Shown here: piece after piece, positions 38,242-49,032 of the stretch
How positions within the stretch are numbered: position 1 is the first letter of the stretch
Layout of the letters: every line of letters begins with the position of its first letter
Origin: Longimicrobiales bacterium
GTDB taxonomy: Bacteria > Gemmatimonadota > Gemmatimonadetes > Longimicrobiales > Gaopeijiaceae
Direction of reading: 5' to 3'
Assembly (NCBI GenBank): GCA_963555795.3
Contig: CAUVXA020000004.1
Span: 5,055 to 69,054, forward strand
Length of the DNA: 64,000 nt
Made by a program: the position numbers and the translations under genes
The notes under the pieces: generated by a model
The model's database searches: none
The model's input: only the letters and a program-made list of their open reading frames with translations
What the model was told of the DNA's origin: nothing

Positions 38242-39465
38242 ATGAGGGGTGCCGTGGTCGCAATCCTGATGATCGCGCTTGGTCAAGGACTACCGGGCCA
38301 GACCGTTGGAAGACCGAGCGACGCGCACGCGCCGGCTTCGGTGCTCGCGCCTCGCCAGCTCCTCGGCCCGACTTTGCTCCTGCAGGATAGCGTCATTCTT
38401 CAGGAGGGCGCAAAGACGTATGTCGGGGATCCGCTGGGCTTCTTTATCGGCCCGGACAGCTCGTTCTATATCCTGGACGGGTTTGCCAATCAGGTGATTC
38501 GCTACAGCAAGACGGGCGAATACGTCAGGACGTACGGCCGTCAAGGCCAAGGACCGGGCGAGTTTGGCTTCATCGGCGATGTCGGGTTCGCGTACGGCGA
38601 CTTGATGGGCGTAGTCGACTGGCGGCCATCACGGCTGGTTTTCTTTGATCCCGAGTCGGGTAGGAGCCTCGGGAGCGTACGCTTGAGCGACTTCGCGCAT
38701 CACAGCGCGTGGACGGACGTTGACAGGCTGTGGGTAACTGGCATTGAGGAGACACCAAGCGGATGGCGCGCGGTCGCCGAGATCCCGGTTAGCGCACTCC
38801 CCGGGGGCGACGGAGAAGCCGTTTCCAGAATAGCCTCCGACCGCGTGTCCGTACCTAGGGTGTACGTGGAAAGCATGCAAATCCGGTTCGGCACGGGCTC
38901 GGTATTCGTCAGTCCGGCTCGTGACGACCTATTGATTGGGTTTGGAGCGAGTCCATTCGTGTTGCGTGTCAGCCGGACCGGCGAGGCCTTGGACACTCTG
39001 AGTTTGCCGGCAAGCAAACGCAGGGGGGTTCCAGCGGATGACGACTACATAAGGGGGATGGATTCCAGGCGCTATGACGATATGGGTGCTTACACGCGAG
39101 CGTCTTTCGGAATGGCATCGCTGCTGGTGAACCTGTCGCGGGGAAGGGAAGATGACTACGTGTACACGGTACACTTTGACCCTGTGTTGCGGGATTCGGG
39201 TGGGCCTGGCGGACTACGAGGTGGGCCTGGTGGACTACGATACGTCAGCAGTGTGAAGATGAACGGCAGCGAGCCCTGCCCCGACACGGTCGTGCCGACA
39301 ACGGAAGACGGTCGCGTCGCATCGAGGCTCCGTGGAGACGAACTTTTTGTATTGGACCAGCGGATCGGAGCGGGCGCTGACCATGTACGGACGGTGATTC
39401 GCCGGTTTACAGTAGATCCGACCAGGTGCACAGGTGAAGTGCTTGTTACCGATACGGTGCGGTGA
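38242..39465 (+). CDS. 6-bladed beta-propeller-type secreted protein (paralog 1)
   Basis: Signal peptide MRGAVVAILMIALGQGLPG, YILDGFANQVIRYSKTGEYVRTYGRQGQGPGEF. The GxGPGEF motif is shared by all paralogs. Confidence 0.7.
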   Translation: MRGAVVAILMIALGQGLPGQTVGRPSDAHAPASVLAPRQLLGPTLLLQDSVILQEGAKTYVGDPLGFFIGPDSSFYILDGFANQVIRYSKTGEYVRTYGRQGQGPGEFGFIGDVGFAYGDLMGVVDWRPSRLVFFDPESGRSLGSVRLSDFAHHSAWTDVDRLWVTGIEETPSGWRAVAEIPVSALPGGDGEAVSRIASDRVSVPRVYVESMQIRFGTGSVFVSPARDDLLIGFGASPFVLRVSRTGEALDTLSLPASKRRGVPADDDYIRGMDSRRYDDMGAYTRASFGMASLLVNLSRGREDDYVYTVHFDPVLRDSGGPGGLRGGPGGLRYVSSVKMNGSEPCPDTVVPTTEDGRVASRLRGDELFVLDQRIGAGADHVRTVIRRFTVDPTRCTGEVLVTDTVR

Positions 39466-39475
39466 ATCGGCGGGA

Positions 39476-40564
39476 ATGCGTTTAGCCCCGCGAGTCAGTG
39501 GATCCTGGCGCCTGGCTCTGGCCGCACTGCTCGCGGCCTGCCAGCCCGATCCCACCACGGTGCTGTCCCCGCCATTCGACGACATCTTCGCCTTGGCCGA
39601 GACCATTGAATTGGCGGAAGCTCCGTCGGACTCGATCGCCCAGGTCGGCAGGTTCCTGGAGCGCCGAGCTGGGGGATTCCTCATTTCCGATGCCCTGCTC
39701 CCCCGCATACGAGCGTCCTCGGAAGACGGTGCGCTGGAGGCAGCGTTCGGCCGCTTCGGTGACGGCCCTTGGGAGTTCCGCGAGATAAGCGCGTTCGCGG
39801 AGACGGCGTCGGGGAGTGTCGTGGTATCCAGTTGGCGCAATGCGTGGCTCAGCTATCTGACGCCAACGCTGACTCCCGATACCATCGTTGCGGTTCCTGA
39901 CCCGGTGATCTTCGGGTTGCATGCCTTCGCCGAGGGTCTGATTCTTCATGGAGTGGGAACCGATGTGCTGGACACCATGGGGGGGCGCGAGGAACGCGGG
40001 CTCCTTCATCGGCTTGTCCACGATTCGATTACGTGGAGGGCATGGACTTCGCGGATTGACGACAAGGCGTACTGGAGCGGCCTCGGCGCCGGTCAACCCA
40101 CGACCATCGCTGGCGATTCAATATTCGTCATGGAATCACTTCTCTACCCTGCCACCATCGTGAACGGTGCGGGCGACTCCGTCGGCACCATCGGCTACCC
40201 CTCCCCCTCCTTCCGCCAGATCCCGGAGATTCCAAGTGGCTACTTCGCCACCGCGCAGAGTGGGCCAAGGGTCCAGGCCGTGTTGCGGAGCTACGACCTG
40301 GTGTCGCAAATCGATGTCGTCGCCAACGATTACCTGGTCTTCACAATCGGTCGGCCGGACCCGACCAAGGCCACGTTCCCATTTCGTATGGTGGACACCG
40401 CGGTGGAGATCTACGACCGGCGCTCCGGCGAAAAACTCTACGAGGAGGTTGCGCTTCCAGATGGCTCCAAGGTCCTCGGCGGAGGGCGCTACCTGTATGT
40501 GCTCCTGAATCCCGACTTTCCGCCTTGGCGCATCGCGAAGTATCGGCTTGCAACTGACGGGTAG
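39476..40564 (+). CDS. 6-bladed beta-propeller-type lipoprotein (paralog 2)
   Basis: MRLAPRVSGSWRLALAALLAACQ lipobox, FGRFGDGPWEF, C-terminal ...YLYVLLNPDFPPWRIAKYRL. Confidence 0.65.
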   Translation: MRLAPRVSGSWRLALAALLAACQPDPTTVLSPPFDDIFALAETIELAEAPSDSIAQVGRFLERRAGGFLISDALLPRIRASSEDGALEAAFGRFGDGPWEFREISAFAETASGSVVVSSWRNAWLSYLTPTLTPDTIVAVPDPVIFGLHAFAEGLILHGVGTDVLDTMGGREERGLLHRLVHDSITWRAWTSRIDDKAYWSGLGAGQPTTIAGDSIFVMESLLYPATIVNGAGDSVGTIGYPSPSFRQIPEIPSGYFATAQSGPRVQAVLRSYDLVSQIDVVANDYLVFTIGRPDPTKATFPFRMVDTAVEIYDRRSGEKLYEEVALPDGSKVLGGGRYLYVLLNPDFPPWRIAKYRLATDG

Positions 40565-40722
40565 AGCTCGAAACAGCGATGAGGCGGCATTTGTTGCGGA
40601 GTCTCCAGAAGGGTACTCTTGGCGGGCTGTTGACTCGCATGACCGGGGAGGCATGGGAACTCCGATGACGGGCAAGACCTTGGGGGCAATGACCAGTGCT
40701 ACGAACGAGGTTCGGAAACACC

Positions 40723-41961
40723 ATGCGGACGCGAATGCTGGCCTGCGTGCCAGTCGGACTCATCCTCTGCATCCTTGCACCCACCGGCTGCGAGTCGCCG
40801 TCAGGCCCACAGGGGTTGACAGTCACCGACAGTGCCGGGGTACGGATTGTCGAGCTTGGCCCCGATTTGGACGGTGTCGCCGAGCGACGTGTATTGGCCG
40901 ACGAGCCGGACTGGGTCATTCGGTCTCGCGAGGACGATCCGTCGTTCATGGTATCCAAGGTCAGCGACGTGGAGCTGCTGTCCGAAGGTCGCATCGCGGT
41001 CGCGAACGAGGGTGGGAACGAGATCCTCGTTTTCGACTCGGCAGGACGTCACGTTGCTACCTGGGGCGGGACGGGTGATGGGCCCGGTGAGTTCAGGTGG
41101 CTCGCGTGGCTGGCGTCCATGTCGCCCGATTCCCTTGGAGCTGGAGACTTCCGCCTGTTCCGGGTCACCATTTTCGATGCGAATGGCCGATTCGTCAGGA
41201 ACGTCGAAACCGCGAGCGGGATAGCCCGATCTGCGGGGACGGTACCAGCGCGGCCCATTGGGCTTCTTTCGGATGGATCCGTGGTCACAGCGGTCTTCGA
41301 GTCAGCCGCCCCGGTCGAGGGTTCGCAGCGCCCGGGAGTCGAGGTTGCGGTGATTCCTCCGGCCGGGGACGGCGCAGACGTGGTCGGCACCTGGCCGGGC
41401 GACGAGCTTTCGCCGTTCTTGGAAGATGGGCTGCTCCAGATGGTGGCTCCTCCGTTCGGCAGACGTCTCCACATCGCTACCTCGCCCGATGGGGTTTGGC
41501 TGGGTGATGACGATCACTGGGAGGTTCGTCAGTATGCGGCGCGAGGTCACCTGCGAGCGGTTGTCAGATCTACCGCGAGTCCAACGGCCGTGTCCGATCG
41601 CCTGCTCGAAGAACGGATTGCCGAGAAATACCGGCACGTATCCCCAAGTCCTTTCCTGGAAGGGCTCAAGAGAGATCAACGCAAGATCGCCGGTCATGCG
41701 ACGACACCCAGCTTCGGGAGTGTGCTCGGCACGGTGAGTGGCGGTGTTGCCATAGGCGAGTATCAGGCAGGCAGGGCTCCAACGAGAACGTGGGTGGTCG
41801 TGGACTCGATCGGAGGCGTAACCGCGATCGATCTTCCGGGTGCCCTGGAAGTCAAGCGGTGGGGACCGGACTGGGTAATCGGGGTTGTGAGCGACGAGCT
41901 GGACAGGGACGAGGTCCGTCGCTATCGCATTCTGGGTCCGGCTGGGGAGCCCGATGCTTAG
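40723..41961 (+). CDS. 6-bladed beta-propeller-type lipoprotein (paralog 3)
   Basis: MRTRMLACVPVGLILCILAPTGC lipobox, RIAVANEGGNEILVFDSAGRHVATWGGTGDGPGEF. Confidence 0.7.
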   Translation: MRTRMLACVPVGLILCILAPTGCESPSGPQGLTVTDSAGVRIVELGPDLDGVAERRVLADEPDWVIRSREDDPSFMVSKVSDVELLSEGRIAVANEGGNEILVFDSAGRHVATWGGTGDGPGEFRWLAWLASMSPDSLGAGDFRLFRVTIFDANGRFVRNVETASGIARSAGTVPARPIGLLSDGSVVTAVFESAAPVEGSQRPGVEVAVIPPAGDGADVVGTWPGDELSPFLEDGLLQMVAPPFGRRLHIATSPDGVWLGDDDHWEVRQYAARGHLRAVVRSTASPTAVSDRLLEERIAEKYRHVSPSPFLEGLKRDQRKIAGHATTPSFGSVLGTVSGGVAIGEYQAGRAPTRTWVVVDSIGGVTAIDLPGALEVKRWGPDWVIGVVSDELDRDEVRRYRILGPAGEPDA

Positions 41962-43024
41962 GGCGGCGCTGATGGGGGGAGGATGGGTGAGAGTAGCGGC
42001 GGCGTACCTGGTCCTGGTTGCCGTGGCATGTACGGCGTGCGGCGACGGTGGCGCGAGCGACCGTACGATCGAGCCGACAGCGAGGCCCTTCGCCGAAATG
42101 TTCCGGCTCGTGCGAGTGATCATCCCGGAGCAGAGTCCGGAGTCTCCGATCGTCCGGATTTCGGGGGCGACCTGGAGCGGTAACGGCTTCGCTATTGCGG
42201 ACGTTTCGGAAGGCAACGCAAAGCTGTTCGACAGCAACGGCGTACGCATCGCCACGGTGGGTCGAAGTGGCGAGGGCCCCGGGGAGTTCGTTAGTGCACG
42301 CTATCCGCAGCTGGTGAACACACACCTGTTCGTGGCCGACGGGGGGTCCGGGCGGGTCTCCGTTTGGACGACATCTGGCGACCTCGACCGGGAAATCGTC
42401 CATGGCATCGGCTACGTGTCGGGGTTTGCGGTGCTATCCGATGGCCGCCTGGTATTTGCCGGTGAAGGGTTTGGGGTGCCCGGCGCGGCACTGGGGGTTT
42501 TTGCGGACGACGGGACCGCGCTGGCGCAGGGCCTCTTCACGCTCGCTGTGCTCCCGATCGATGCCGACCCCGAACTCCCGTGGGGCAACATGCGGCAGAC
42601 CCTCTTCGCCGCTGCCAGAGACACGGCCTGGGCGGTGTCCACCATCTCGGACAGCGTCTGGGCGGTTCCGTTGAACTCGGAGACGCTGGAGGTCGAGTCA
42701 TATCGACTTGTCATTCCCGGATACATCGCTCCCGGCGCCCCGGAAGAACCCCTGCGATCCCCGAGGGACCTCATGGCATGGGGCAACACCTTCCACGGTG
42801 CGGCACGGCCCGTCGCGAGTTCCGAACTACTCGCGATTCCGTTCGTTCGCGGAGTGCTGAACTATGGCGACCCGACGATTCTGGTGGTGCGGGAGCGGGA
42901 TGGAGACTGGCACGCGCTAAGTGAGGCGCCACCGGTGATCGCCGCGTTTGCCGACCGGCTGCTTGCGATCCACAATCCGCTGGAAGATCCTGTCGAACTT
43001 GCCGTCTACGAACTGCGACGATGA
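41954..43024 (+). CDS. 6-bladed beta-propeller-type lipoprotein (paralog 4)
   Basis: VAAAYLVLVAVACTACG lipobox, FAIADVSEGNAKLFDSNGVRIATVGRSGEGPGEF. The start overlaps the upstream stop, and the stop overlaps the S8 start (ATGA). Confidence 0.7.
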   Translation: MLRAALMGGGWVRVAAAYLVLVAVACTACGDGGASDRTIEPTARPFAEMFRLVRVIIPEQSPESPIVRISGATWSGNGFAIADVSEGNAKLFDSNGVRIATVGRSGEGPGEFVSARYPQLVNTHLFVADGGSGRVSVWTTSGDLDREIVHGIGYVSGFAVLSDGRLVFAGEGFGVPGAALGVFADDGTALAQGLFTLAVLPIDADPELPWGNMRQTLFAAARDTAWAVSTISDSVWAVPLNSETLEVESYRLVIPGYIAPGAPEEPLRSPRDLMAWGNTFHGAARPVASSELLAIPFVRGVLNYGDPTILVVRERDGDWHALSEAPPVIAAFADRLLAIHNPLEDPVELAVYELRR

Positions 43025-43818
43025 GCGGGGGTGACCGTGGCGGCGACACAGCGCCCGCGCGGGCGCATTCGAGCGAGGCGTCCCGAGAGCAGCTTGTGAC
43101 GGGCCGCGTCTGCGAGGAATCTGCCGGGATCCGGGAGCTGCGCGGAGACGGCGTCTCGATCGCCGTGATCGACAGCGGGGTGAACGCGGAGCACCCGCAC
43201 GTGGGCCGCGTGGCCGGGGGGGTGCGGATCGACCTGGCGGGCGATGTCTCGGGAGACTTCGTGGACCGAATCGGGCACGGAACGGCGGTCTTCGCGGCCA
43301 TCCAGGAGAAGGCGCCGGGGGCGGAGTTGTACGCCGTGCGCGTCTTCGAGGACAGGCTCAGGACGAGTGTACGAGCCCTGGTGGCCGCGATCGACTGGGC
43401 GGCCGAGCGGCGGGTGCGGGTCGTGAACCTGAGCCTGGGGACGGTCCGGGAAGAGCACGCCGAGATGCTCGAGGCGGCGGTGGGGCGGCTGGCGGCGGTG
43501 GGGGGTGTCGTGGTGGGGGCGGCGGAAGCCGACGGGCAGCGATGGTGGCCGGGCTCGCTGCCGTCGGCCGTTGGGGTTGTGATGGATGAGGACTGCCCGC
43601 GCGGGTGCGTGGAGGTGTGGGGGGGAGCGGGCCGCGACGTGGTGGTGGCCGCTGCGCCGTACCCGAGGCCGATTCCGGGGGTGCCGGTGGAGCGCAACCT
43701 GAACGGGATCAGCTTCGCGGTCGCGAACGTGACGGGGATGCTGGGCCGGGTGGTGGAGGGGCGGGGTGGGGTGCTGACGGTGGAGGGGTGTGTGGGGCTG
43801 TTGGGGGAGCAGGGTTGA
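43021..43818 (+). CDS. Small S8 (subtilisin-like) serine peptidase, no obvious signal peptide
   Basis: Asp: IAVIDSGVN. His: RIGHGTAV. Oxyanion Asn: VVNLSLG. Ser: NGISFAVANVTG. Confidence 0.8.
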   Translation: MSGGDRGGDTAPARAHSSEASREQLVTGRVCEESAGIRELRGDGVSIAVIDSGVNAEHPHVGRVAGGVRIDLAGDVSGDFVDRIGHGTAVFAAIQEKAPGAELYAVRVFEDRLRTSVRALVAAIDWAAERRVRVVNLSLGTVREEHAEMLEAAVGRLAAVGGVVVGAAEADGQRWWPGSLPSAVGVVMDEDCPRGCVEVWGGAGRDVVVAAAPYPRPIPGVPVERNLNGISFAVANVTGMLGRVVEGRGGVLTVEGCVGLLGEQG

Positions 43819-43959
43819 TCTGAGCGAGACCCTGACCGCCTCGTTCCAGATCGTGACCTGAGGGTGTGTGGCCCTTCCAACATCCGAAGAGCCCTTCAAT
43901 GACGAGGATGTTCGGGGAAACGAGATTGCACGTTTTCCAAGTGAGATCTGTTCTCTAGA

Positions 43960-45827
43960 CCTCAAACAAGCGCGACTTGTGCACCGCATCTACCAATGAG
44001 TACCGGAAAGGCTTATCCTGATTGCAGTTAGGAGCATCCGGCGCGAGTCGTCGGGTTCCAACCAGGAGGCCTTTCCGGTGAAGACAATATCGCACAAACA
44101 GAGCCGCAGGAACAGTGCCCGGCGGAAGCGGAAGCTGAAGGCGCGCCATGCCGGGGCGAGGCGGCCGAGGGCCCGGTGGCAGCCGGTGTTCGGCGCGGGC
44201 AAGGTCCACTACGAGATCGGGGCGCGGATCAACGCAATGAGCTACGGAGGCATCGGCGCGATGCGGCGGCTGGCGTCGAAGCTGGGCCTGGTCCGGGAGA
44301 TCGACGCGCGGCTGAAGGTGCTGAAGCGGCACCTGCCCTACTTCGAGTCGGATCATGTGCTGAACATGGCCTTCAACGTGCTGTGCGGGGGCACGCGGCT
44401 GCAGGACCTGGGCAGCCTGCGCAACAACGCGGCCTATATGGACGCGCTGGGCGCGGAGACGATCCCGAGCCCGACGGCGGCGGGCGACTTCACGCGCCGC
44501 TACGGCGAGGCGGACGTGATCGAGCTGATGGAGAGCATCAACGCGGTGCGGCCGCAGTTGTGGCGGGGCCGGGCCCGGGACCTGCTCGCGCCGGTGGCCT
44601 ACGTGGATGTGGACGGGACGCTGGCGCCGACGCTGGGCGACAAGAAGGAGGGCATGGACATGTCCTACAAGGGGGTGTGGGGCTACCACCCGCTGGTCGT
44701 CTCGCTGGCCAACACGGGTGAGGTGCTCTACCTGGTGAACCGCCCGGGCAACGCGGTGAGCCACCAGGGCGCGGCGGAGTGGATCGACCGGGCGGTCGCC
44801 CTCGTGTCGCCGCATGCCGAGCGGGTGTGCCTGCGCGGGGACACGGACTTCTCGCTGACCGCCCACTTCGACCGCTGGAGTGTGGACGCGGACTTCATCT
44901 TCGGCTTTGACGCCCAGCCGGCGATGGTCAAGCGGGCTGAGGGGCTGGAGGAGGCGGCGTGGAAGCGGCTGGAGCGGCGGCCGGGGTACACGTCGCGGAC
45001 GGGGACGACGCGGAGCAAGCGGCAGGACGTGAGGGGACGCATCGTGCTTGAGCGGGGCTACGTGAACAAGCGGCTCAACCATGAGGATGTGGCCGAGTAC
45101 GAGTATCAGCCGGGGAAGTGCCGGGAGACCTACCGGATGGTGGTGGTGCGCAAGAACATCAGCAAGACGAAGGGTGAGCTGACGCTGCTGGACGAGATCC
45201 GCTACTTCTTCTACATCACCACGCGGCGGGACCTGAGCGCGGCCGGGGTCGTCCGGCTGGCCAACGCCCGCTGCGACCAGGAGAACGTGATCGCGCAGCT
45301 GAAGGGCGGCGTGGGCGCCATGCGGGTGCCCCTCTACGACTTGGTGAGCAACTGGGCCTACATGGTGATGGCGGCGCTGGCGTGGAACCTGAAGAGCTGG
45401 TTCGCCATGATGATGCACTTCAAGGCCGACCGCCGGAAGTACATCGCCATGGAGTTCAGGACGTTCATCCGCGAGATGATCCTGCTGCCCTGCCAGGTCA
45501 TCCGGCGGGCTCGGCGCACGACCCTGCGGATCATCGGCTGGCAGCCCTCGGTCGACCGGCTGTTCAGCACCTGGAACACGATCGAGCGGACCGGCTTCCG
45601 GTAACGCCGCCTCGTCCCCTCCGTCGTGTCGCGAACGTAGTACCGCTTCGGGGACCGGTGTCCCCCGGCACCAAAACACCCCTCCGAACGAGCGTCCCGG
45701 CGACCGGAAACAAGCATCGGCCAGCCCGTAAGGCTCCCTCCAGCCGCTTCCCAAGCGGCAACCGGGCTGCAAAAGCCACGCCGCACAACCAAAACCTGCC
45801 TCCGGGACCGTACTCGCTTATTTTAGG
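43960..45827 (+). mobile_element. IS1380-like element copy B1 (1868 bp) with 6-bp TSD TCTAGA
   Basis: Ends CCTCAAACAAGCG... and ...CGCTTATTTTAGG. TCTAGA lies at 43954-43959 and 45828-45833. All ORF translations are identical to copy B2. Confidence 0.9.
44078..45604 (+). CDS. IS1380-like transposase, 508 aa
   Basis: Same motifs as 34454-35980; identical to 46797-48323. Confidence 0.9.
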   Translation: MKTISHKQSRRNSARRKRKLKARHAGARRPRARWQPVFGAGKVHYEIGARINAMSYGGIGAMRRLASKLGLVREIDARLKVLKRHLPYFESDHVLNMAFNVLCGGTRLQDLGSLRNNAAYMDALGAETIPSPTAAGDFTRRYGEADVIELMESINAVRPQLWRGRARDLLAPVAYVDVDGTLAPTLGDKKEGMDMSYKGVWGYHPLVVSLANTGEVLYLVNRPGNAVSHQGAAEWIDRAVALVSPHAERVCLRGDTDFSLTAHFDRWSVDADFIFGFDAQPAMVKRAEGLEEAAWKRLERRPGYTSRTGTTRSKRQDVRGRIVLERGYVNKRLNHEDVAEYEYQPGKCRETYRMVVVRKNISKTKGELTLLDEIRYFFYITTRRDLSAAGVVRLANARCDQENVIAQLKGGVGAMRVPLYDLVSNWAYMVMAALAWNLKSWFAMMMHFKADRRKYIAMEFRTFIREMILLPCQVIRRARRTTLRIIGWQPSVDRLFSTWNTIERTGFR

Positions 45828-45928
45828 TCTAGATGATTGAACCCCTCATCTGACGCGGTCGGGCCATCTACCAGGTGACCTGGCCCGGCCATACGAAAAT
45901 CGCCAACAACAGGGAGACGGCTTACGAC

Positions 45929-46468
45929 ATGGGCATCTTCGGCCCCTCAAACTCGCTCTCCGTTTCGGTTCGGCGGTACCTGCGTCCCCGGTGGTACGTA
46001 TGTGGGCTGACGGTCGCGAGTATGCTGTTCGGCTACGGCACAGTAGCGGATTTGCGGACCGGCCGGACGCTGACATCGATGGTGAATAGCTTGGGAGGCG
46101 AGGGAGGTGGCCTGTTGGTGGTGACGCAAGTGGGGGAGTGTGTTCAGACCCTCGCACAGCTTGACGAGGTCGCAGGTCTGCTTCAGGACTCCGGAATGGC
46201 CGTGCACGGCCTGGTGATCAAGGGAGGTCACAGTCCCGATCTTCTGGCGGCGGTGCTGCGGCAAGCAAACAAGCGATTCCCGCATGAAGCCGTGTCATGG
46301 AGAATAGTCCAGCCGGTCTTGGGCATGATGGGAACGCCTGCCCTGATTGGTGTTGGTCCTGGCGGAAGGATCCTTTTCGTCGACCAGGTTCCTACCGTGC
46401 TCCCTGGCTCAGCCGACGAAACCGCGAAACACATGATTGCACGAATCCATTCGGGAGCAGAGTCATGA
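45929..46468 (+). CDS. Membrane-anchored thioredoxin-fold-like protein lacking CxxC
   Basis: TM helix (WYVCGLTVASMLFGYG), then GGLLVVTQVGECVQTLAQL...GMAVHGLVI...TPALIGVGPGGRILFV. This resembles a TlpA/redoxin layout with a single Cys. Confidence 0.4.
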   Translation: MGIFGPSNSLSVSVRRYLRPRWYVCGLTVASMLFGYGTVADLRTGRTLTSMVNSLGGEGGGLLVVTQVGECVQTLAQLDEVAGLLQDSGMAVHGLVIKGGHSPDLLAAVLRQANKRFPHEAVSWRIVQPVLGMMGTPALIGVGPGGRILFVDQVPTVLPGSADETAKHMIARIHSGAES

Positions 46469-46678
46469 GATTAAAGTACATCGGAGTTGCGTGTCTAGCA
46501 ATACTGGCTTGTTCCGACGGGACGGAATCCCGGAGCCTGGGCGACGGTGGCAGCGGAGCGTTAGACGCGGCCATCAGCGATGAGCAGCCTTTTGCGCGGG
46601 GCCCGGCGAACGCATTGCCCGAGAGGTGGTCTACGACACCCTGTGGACGTACGGTGGGCCGGACGACACGCTCCTAGC

Positions 46679-48546
46679 CCTCAAACAAGCGCGACTTGTG
46701 CACCGCATCTACCAATGAGTACCGGAAAGGCTTATCCTGATTGCAGTTAGGAGCATCCGGCGCGAGTCGTCGGGTTCCAACCAGGAGGCCTTTCCGGTGA
46801 AGACAATATCGCACAAACAGAGCCGCAGGAACAGTGCCCGGCGGAAGCGGAAGCTGAAGGCGCGCCATGCCGGGGCGAGGCGGCCGAGGGCCCGGTGGCA
46901 GCCGGTGTTCGGCGCGGGCAAGGTCCACTACGAGATCGGGGCGCGGATCAACGCAATGAGCTACGGAGGCATCGGCGCGATGCGGCGGCTGGCGTCGAAG
47001 CTGGGCCTGGTCCGGGAGATCGACGCGCGGCTGAAGGTGCTGAAGCGGCACCTGCCCTACTTCGAGTCGGATCATGTGCTGAACATGGCCTTCAACGTGC
47101 TGTGCGGGGGCACGCGGCTGCAGGACCTGGGCAGCCTGCGCAACAACGCGGCCTATATGGACGCGCTGGGCGCGGAGACGATCCCGAGCCCGACGGCGGC
47201 GGGCGACTTCACGCGCCGCTACGGCGAGGCGGACGTGATCGAGCTGATGGAGAGCATCAACGCGGTGCGGCCGCAGTTGTGGCGGGGCCGGGCCCGGGAC
47301 CTGCTCGCGCCGGTGGCCTACGTGGATGTGGACGGGACGCTGGCGCCGACGCTGGGCGACAAGAAGGAGGGCATGGACATGTCCTACAAGGGGGTGTGGG
47401 GCTACCACCCGCTGGTCGTCTCGCTGGCCAACACGGGTGAGGTGCTCTACCTGGTGAACCGCCCGGGCAACGCGGTGAGCCACCAGGGCGCGGCGGAGTG
47501 GATCGACCGGGCGGTCGCCCTCGTGTCGCCGCATGCCGAGCGGGTGTGCCTGCGCGGGGACACGGACTTCTCGCTGACCGCCCACTTCGACCGCTGGAGT
47601 GTGGACGCGGACTTCATCTTCGGCTTTGACGCCCAGCCGGCGATGGTCAAGCGGGCTGAGGGGCTGGAGGAGGCGGCGTGGAAGCGGCTGGAGCGGCGGC
47701 CGGGGTACACGTCGCGGACGGGGACGACGCGGAGCAAGCGGCAGGACGTGAGGGGACGCATCGTGCTTGAGCGGGGCTACGTGAACAAGCGGCTCAACCA
47801 TGAGGATGTGGCCGAGTACGAGTATCAGCCGGGGAAGTGCCGGGAGACCTACCGGATGGTGGTGGTGCGCAAGAACATCAGCAAGACGAAGGGTGAGCTG
47901 ACGCTGCTGGACGAGATCCGCTACTTCTTCTACATCACCACGCGGCGGGACCTGAGCGCGGCCGGGGTCGTCCGGCTGGCCAACGCCCGCTGCGACCAGG
48001 AGAACGTGATCGCGCAGCTGAAGGGCGGCGTGGGCGCCATGCGGGTGCCCCTCTACGACTTGGTGAGCAACTGGGCCTACATGGTGATGGCGGCGCTGGC
48101 GTGGAACCTGAAGAGCTGGTTCGCCATGATGATGCACTTCAAGGCCGACCGCCGGAAGTACATCGCCATGGAGTTCAGGACGTTCATCCGCGAGATGATC
48201 CTGCTGCCCTGCCAGGTCATCCGGCGGGCTCGGCGCACGACCCTGCGGATCATCGGCTGGCAGCCCTCGGTCGACCGGCTGTTCAGCACCTGGAACACGA
48301 TCGAGCGGACCGGCTTCCGGTAACGCCGCCTCGTCCCCTCCGTCGTGTCGCGAACGTAGTACCGCTTCGGGGACCGGTGTCCCCCGGCACCAAAACACCC
48401 CTCCGAACGAGCGTCCCGGCGACCGGAAACAAGCATCGGCCAGCCCGTAAGGCTCCCTCCAGCCGCTTCCCAAGCGGCAACCGGGCTGCAAAAGCCACGC
48501 CGCACAACCAAAACCTGCCTCCGGGACCGTACTCGCTTATTTTAGG
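46679..48546 (+). mobile_element. IS1380-like element copy B2 (1868 bp) with 6-bp TSD CCTAGC
   Basis: CCTAGC at 46673-46678 and 48547-48552. Same ends as B1. Confidence 0.9.
46797..48323 (+). CDS. IS1380-like transposase, 508 aa
   Basis: Identical translation to 44078-45604. Confidence 0.9.
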   Translation: MKTISHKQSRRNSARRKRKLKARHAGARRPRARWQPVFGAGKVHYEIGARINAMSYGGIGAMRRLASKLGLVREIDARLKVLKRHLPYFESDHVLNMAFNVLCGGTRLQDLGSLRNNAAYMDALGAETIPSPTAAGDFTRRYGEADVIELMESINAVRPQLWRGRARDLLAPVAYVDVDGTLAPTLGDKKEGMDMSYKGVWGYHPLVVSLANTGEVLYLVNRPGNAVSHQGAAEWIDRAVALVSPHAERVCLRGDTDFSLTAHFDRWSVDADFIFGFDAQPAMVKRAEGLEEAAWKRLERRPGYTSRTGTTRSKRQDVRGRIVLERGYVNKRLNHEDVAEYEYQPGKCRETYRMVVVRKNISKTKGELTLLDEIRYFFYITTRRDLSAAGVVRLANARCDQENVIAQLKGGVGAMRVPLYDLVSNWAYMVMAALAWNLKSWFAMMMHFKADRRKYIAMEFRTFIREMILLPCQVIRRARRTTLRIIGWQPSVDRLFSTWNTIERTGFR

Positions 48547-49032
48547 CCTAGCGGCCCCTATCAGGATGGCGGCGGCACCAATGGGCGGCGTTTACGTACT
48601 GGATGCGGGAATGAGGAAGGTGTATCACTTCGCCGATGGCCGTCTTGTTTGGTCATGGGGAACGGTGGGGGGAGGTCCCGGGGAGATTCGGGATGTCCGT
48701 GCGATGGACGCGGATCCTGAAACAGGCGGAGTTGTTTTGGTGGATAGTCGCAACCGACGCATCATCTTGTTGTCAGCCGACGGCTCATTGCTTCGTGAGA
48801 CGCCGATCGAAGCTCCTTCACCGCTGTTTCCCACCGTCGCGGCGCTGGGGGGTGGACTCGGCTACGTCATCAGTACTTATACGGTCGCGTTTCCATTGAT
48901 GCATTTGGCGAACAACGGTGACTCACCAAGATCGATTCCCGCGCCCTGGGATGGCCTTGTCTCCAAGAACGCCATCCAGGTGATGGGAAGTGTGTTTGCC
49001 ACCAGTGGTGGAAGATGGGGGTACGCGCTTAG

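Noticed and set aside
43955-45772. 605-aa minus-strand ORF, with an identical one at 46674-48491 and a 567-aa relative at 34331-36034.
   Set aside because: Each is exactly antisense to a recognisable IS1380-like transposase. Composition is extreme in Arg/Pro/His/Gly/Leu with no motifs. This is a typical GC-driven shadow ORF.
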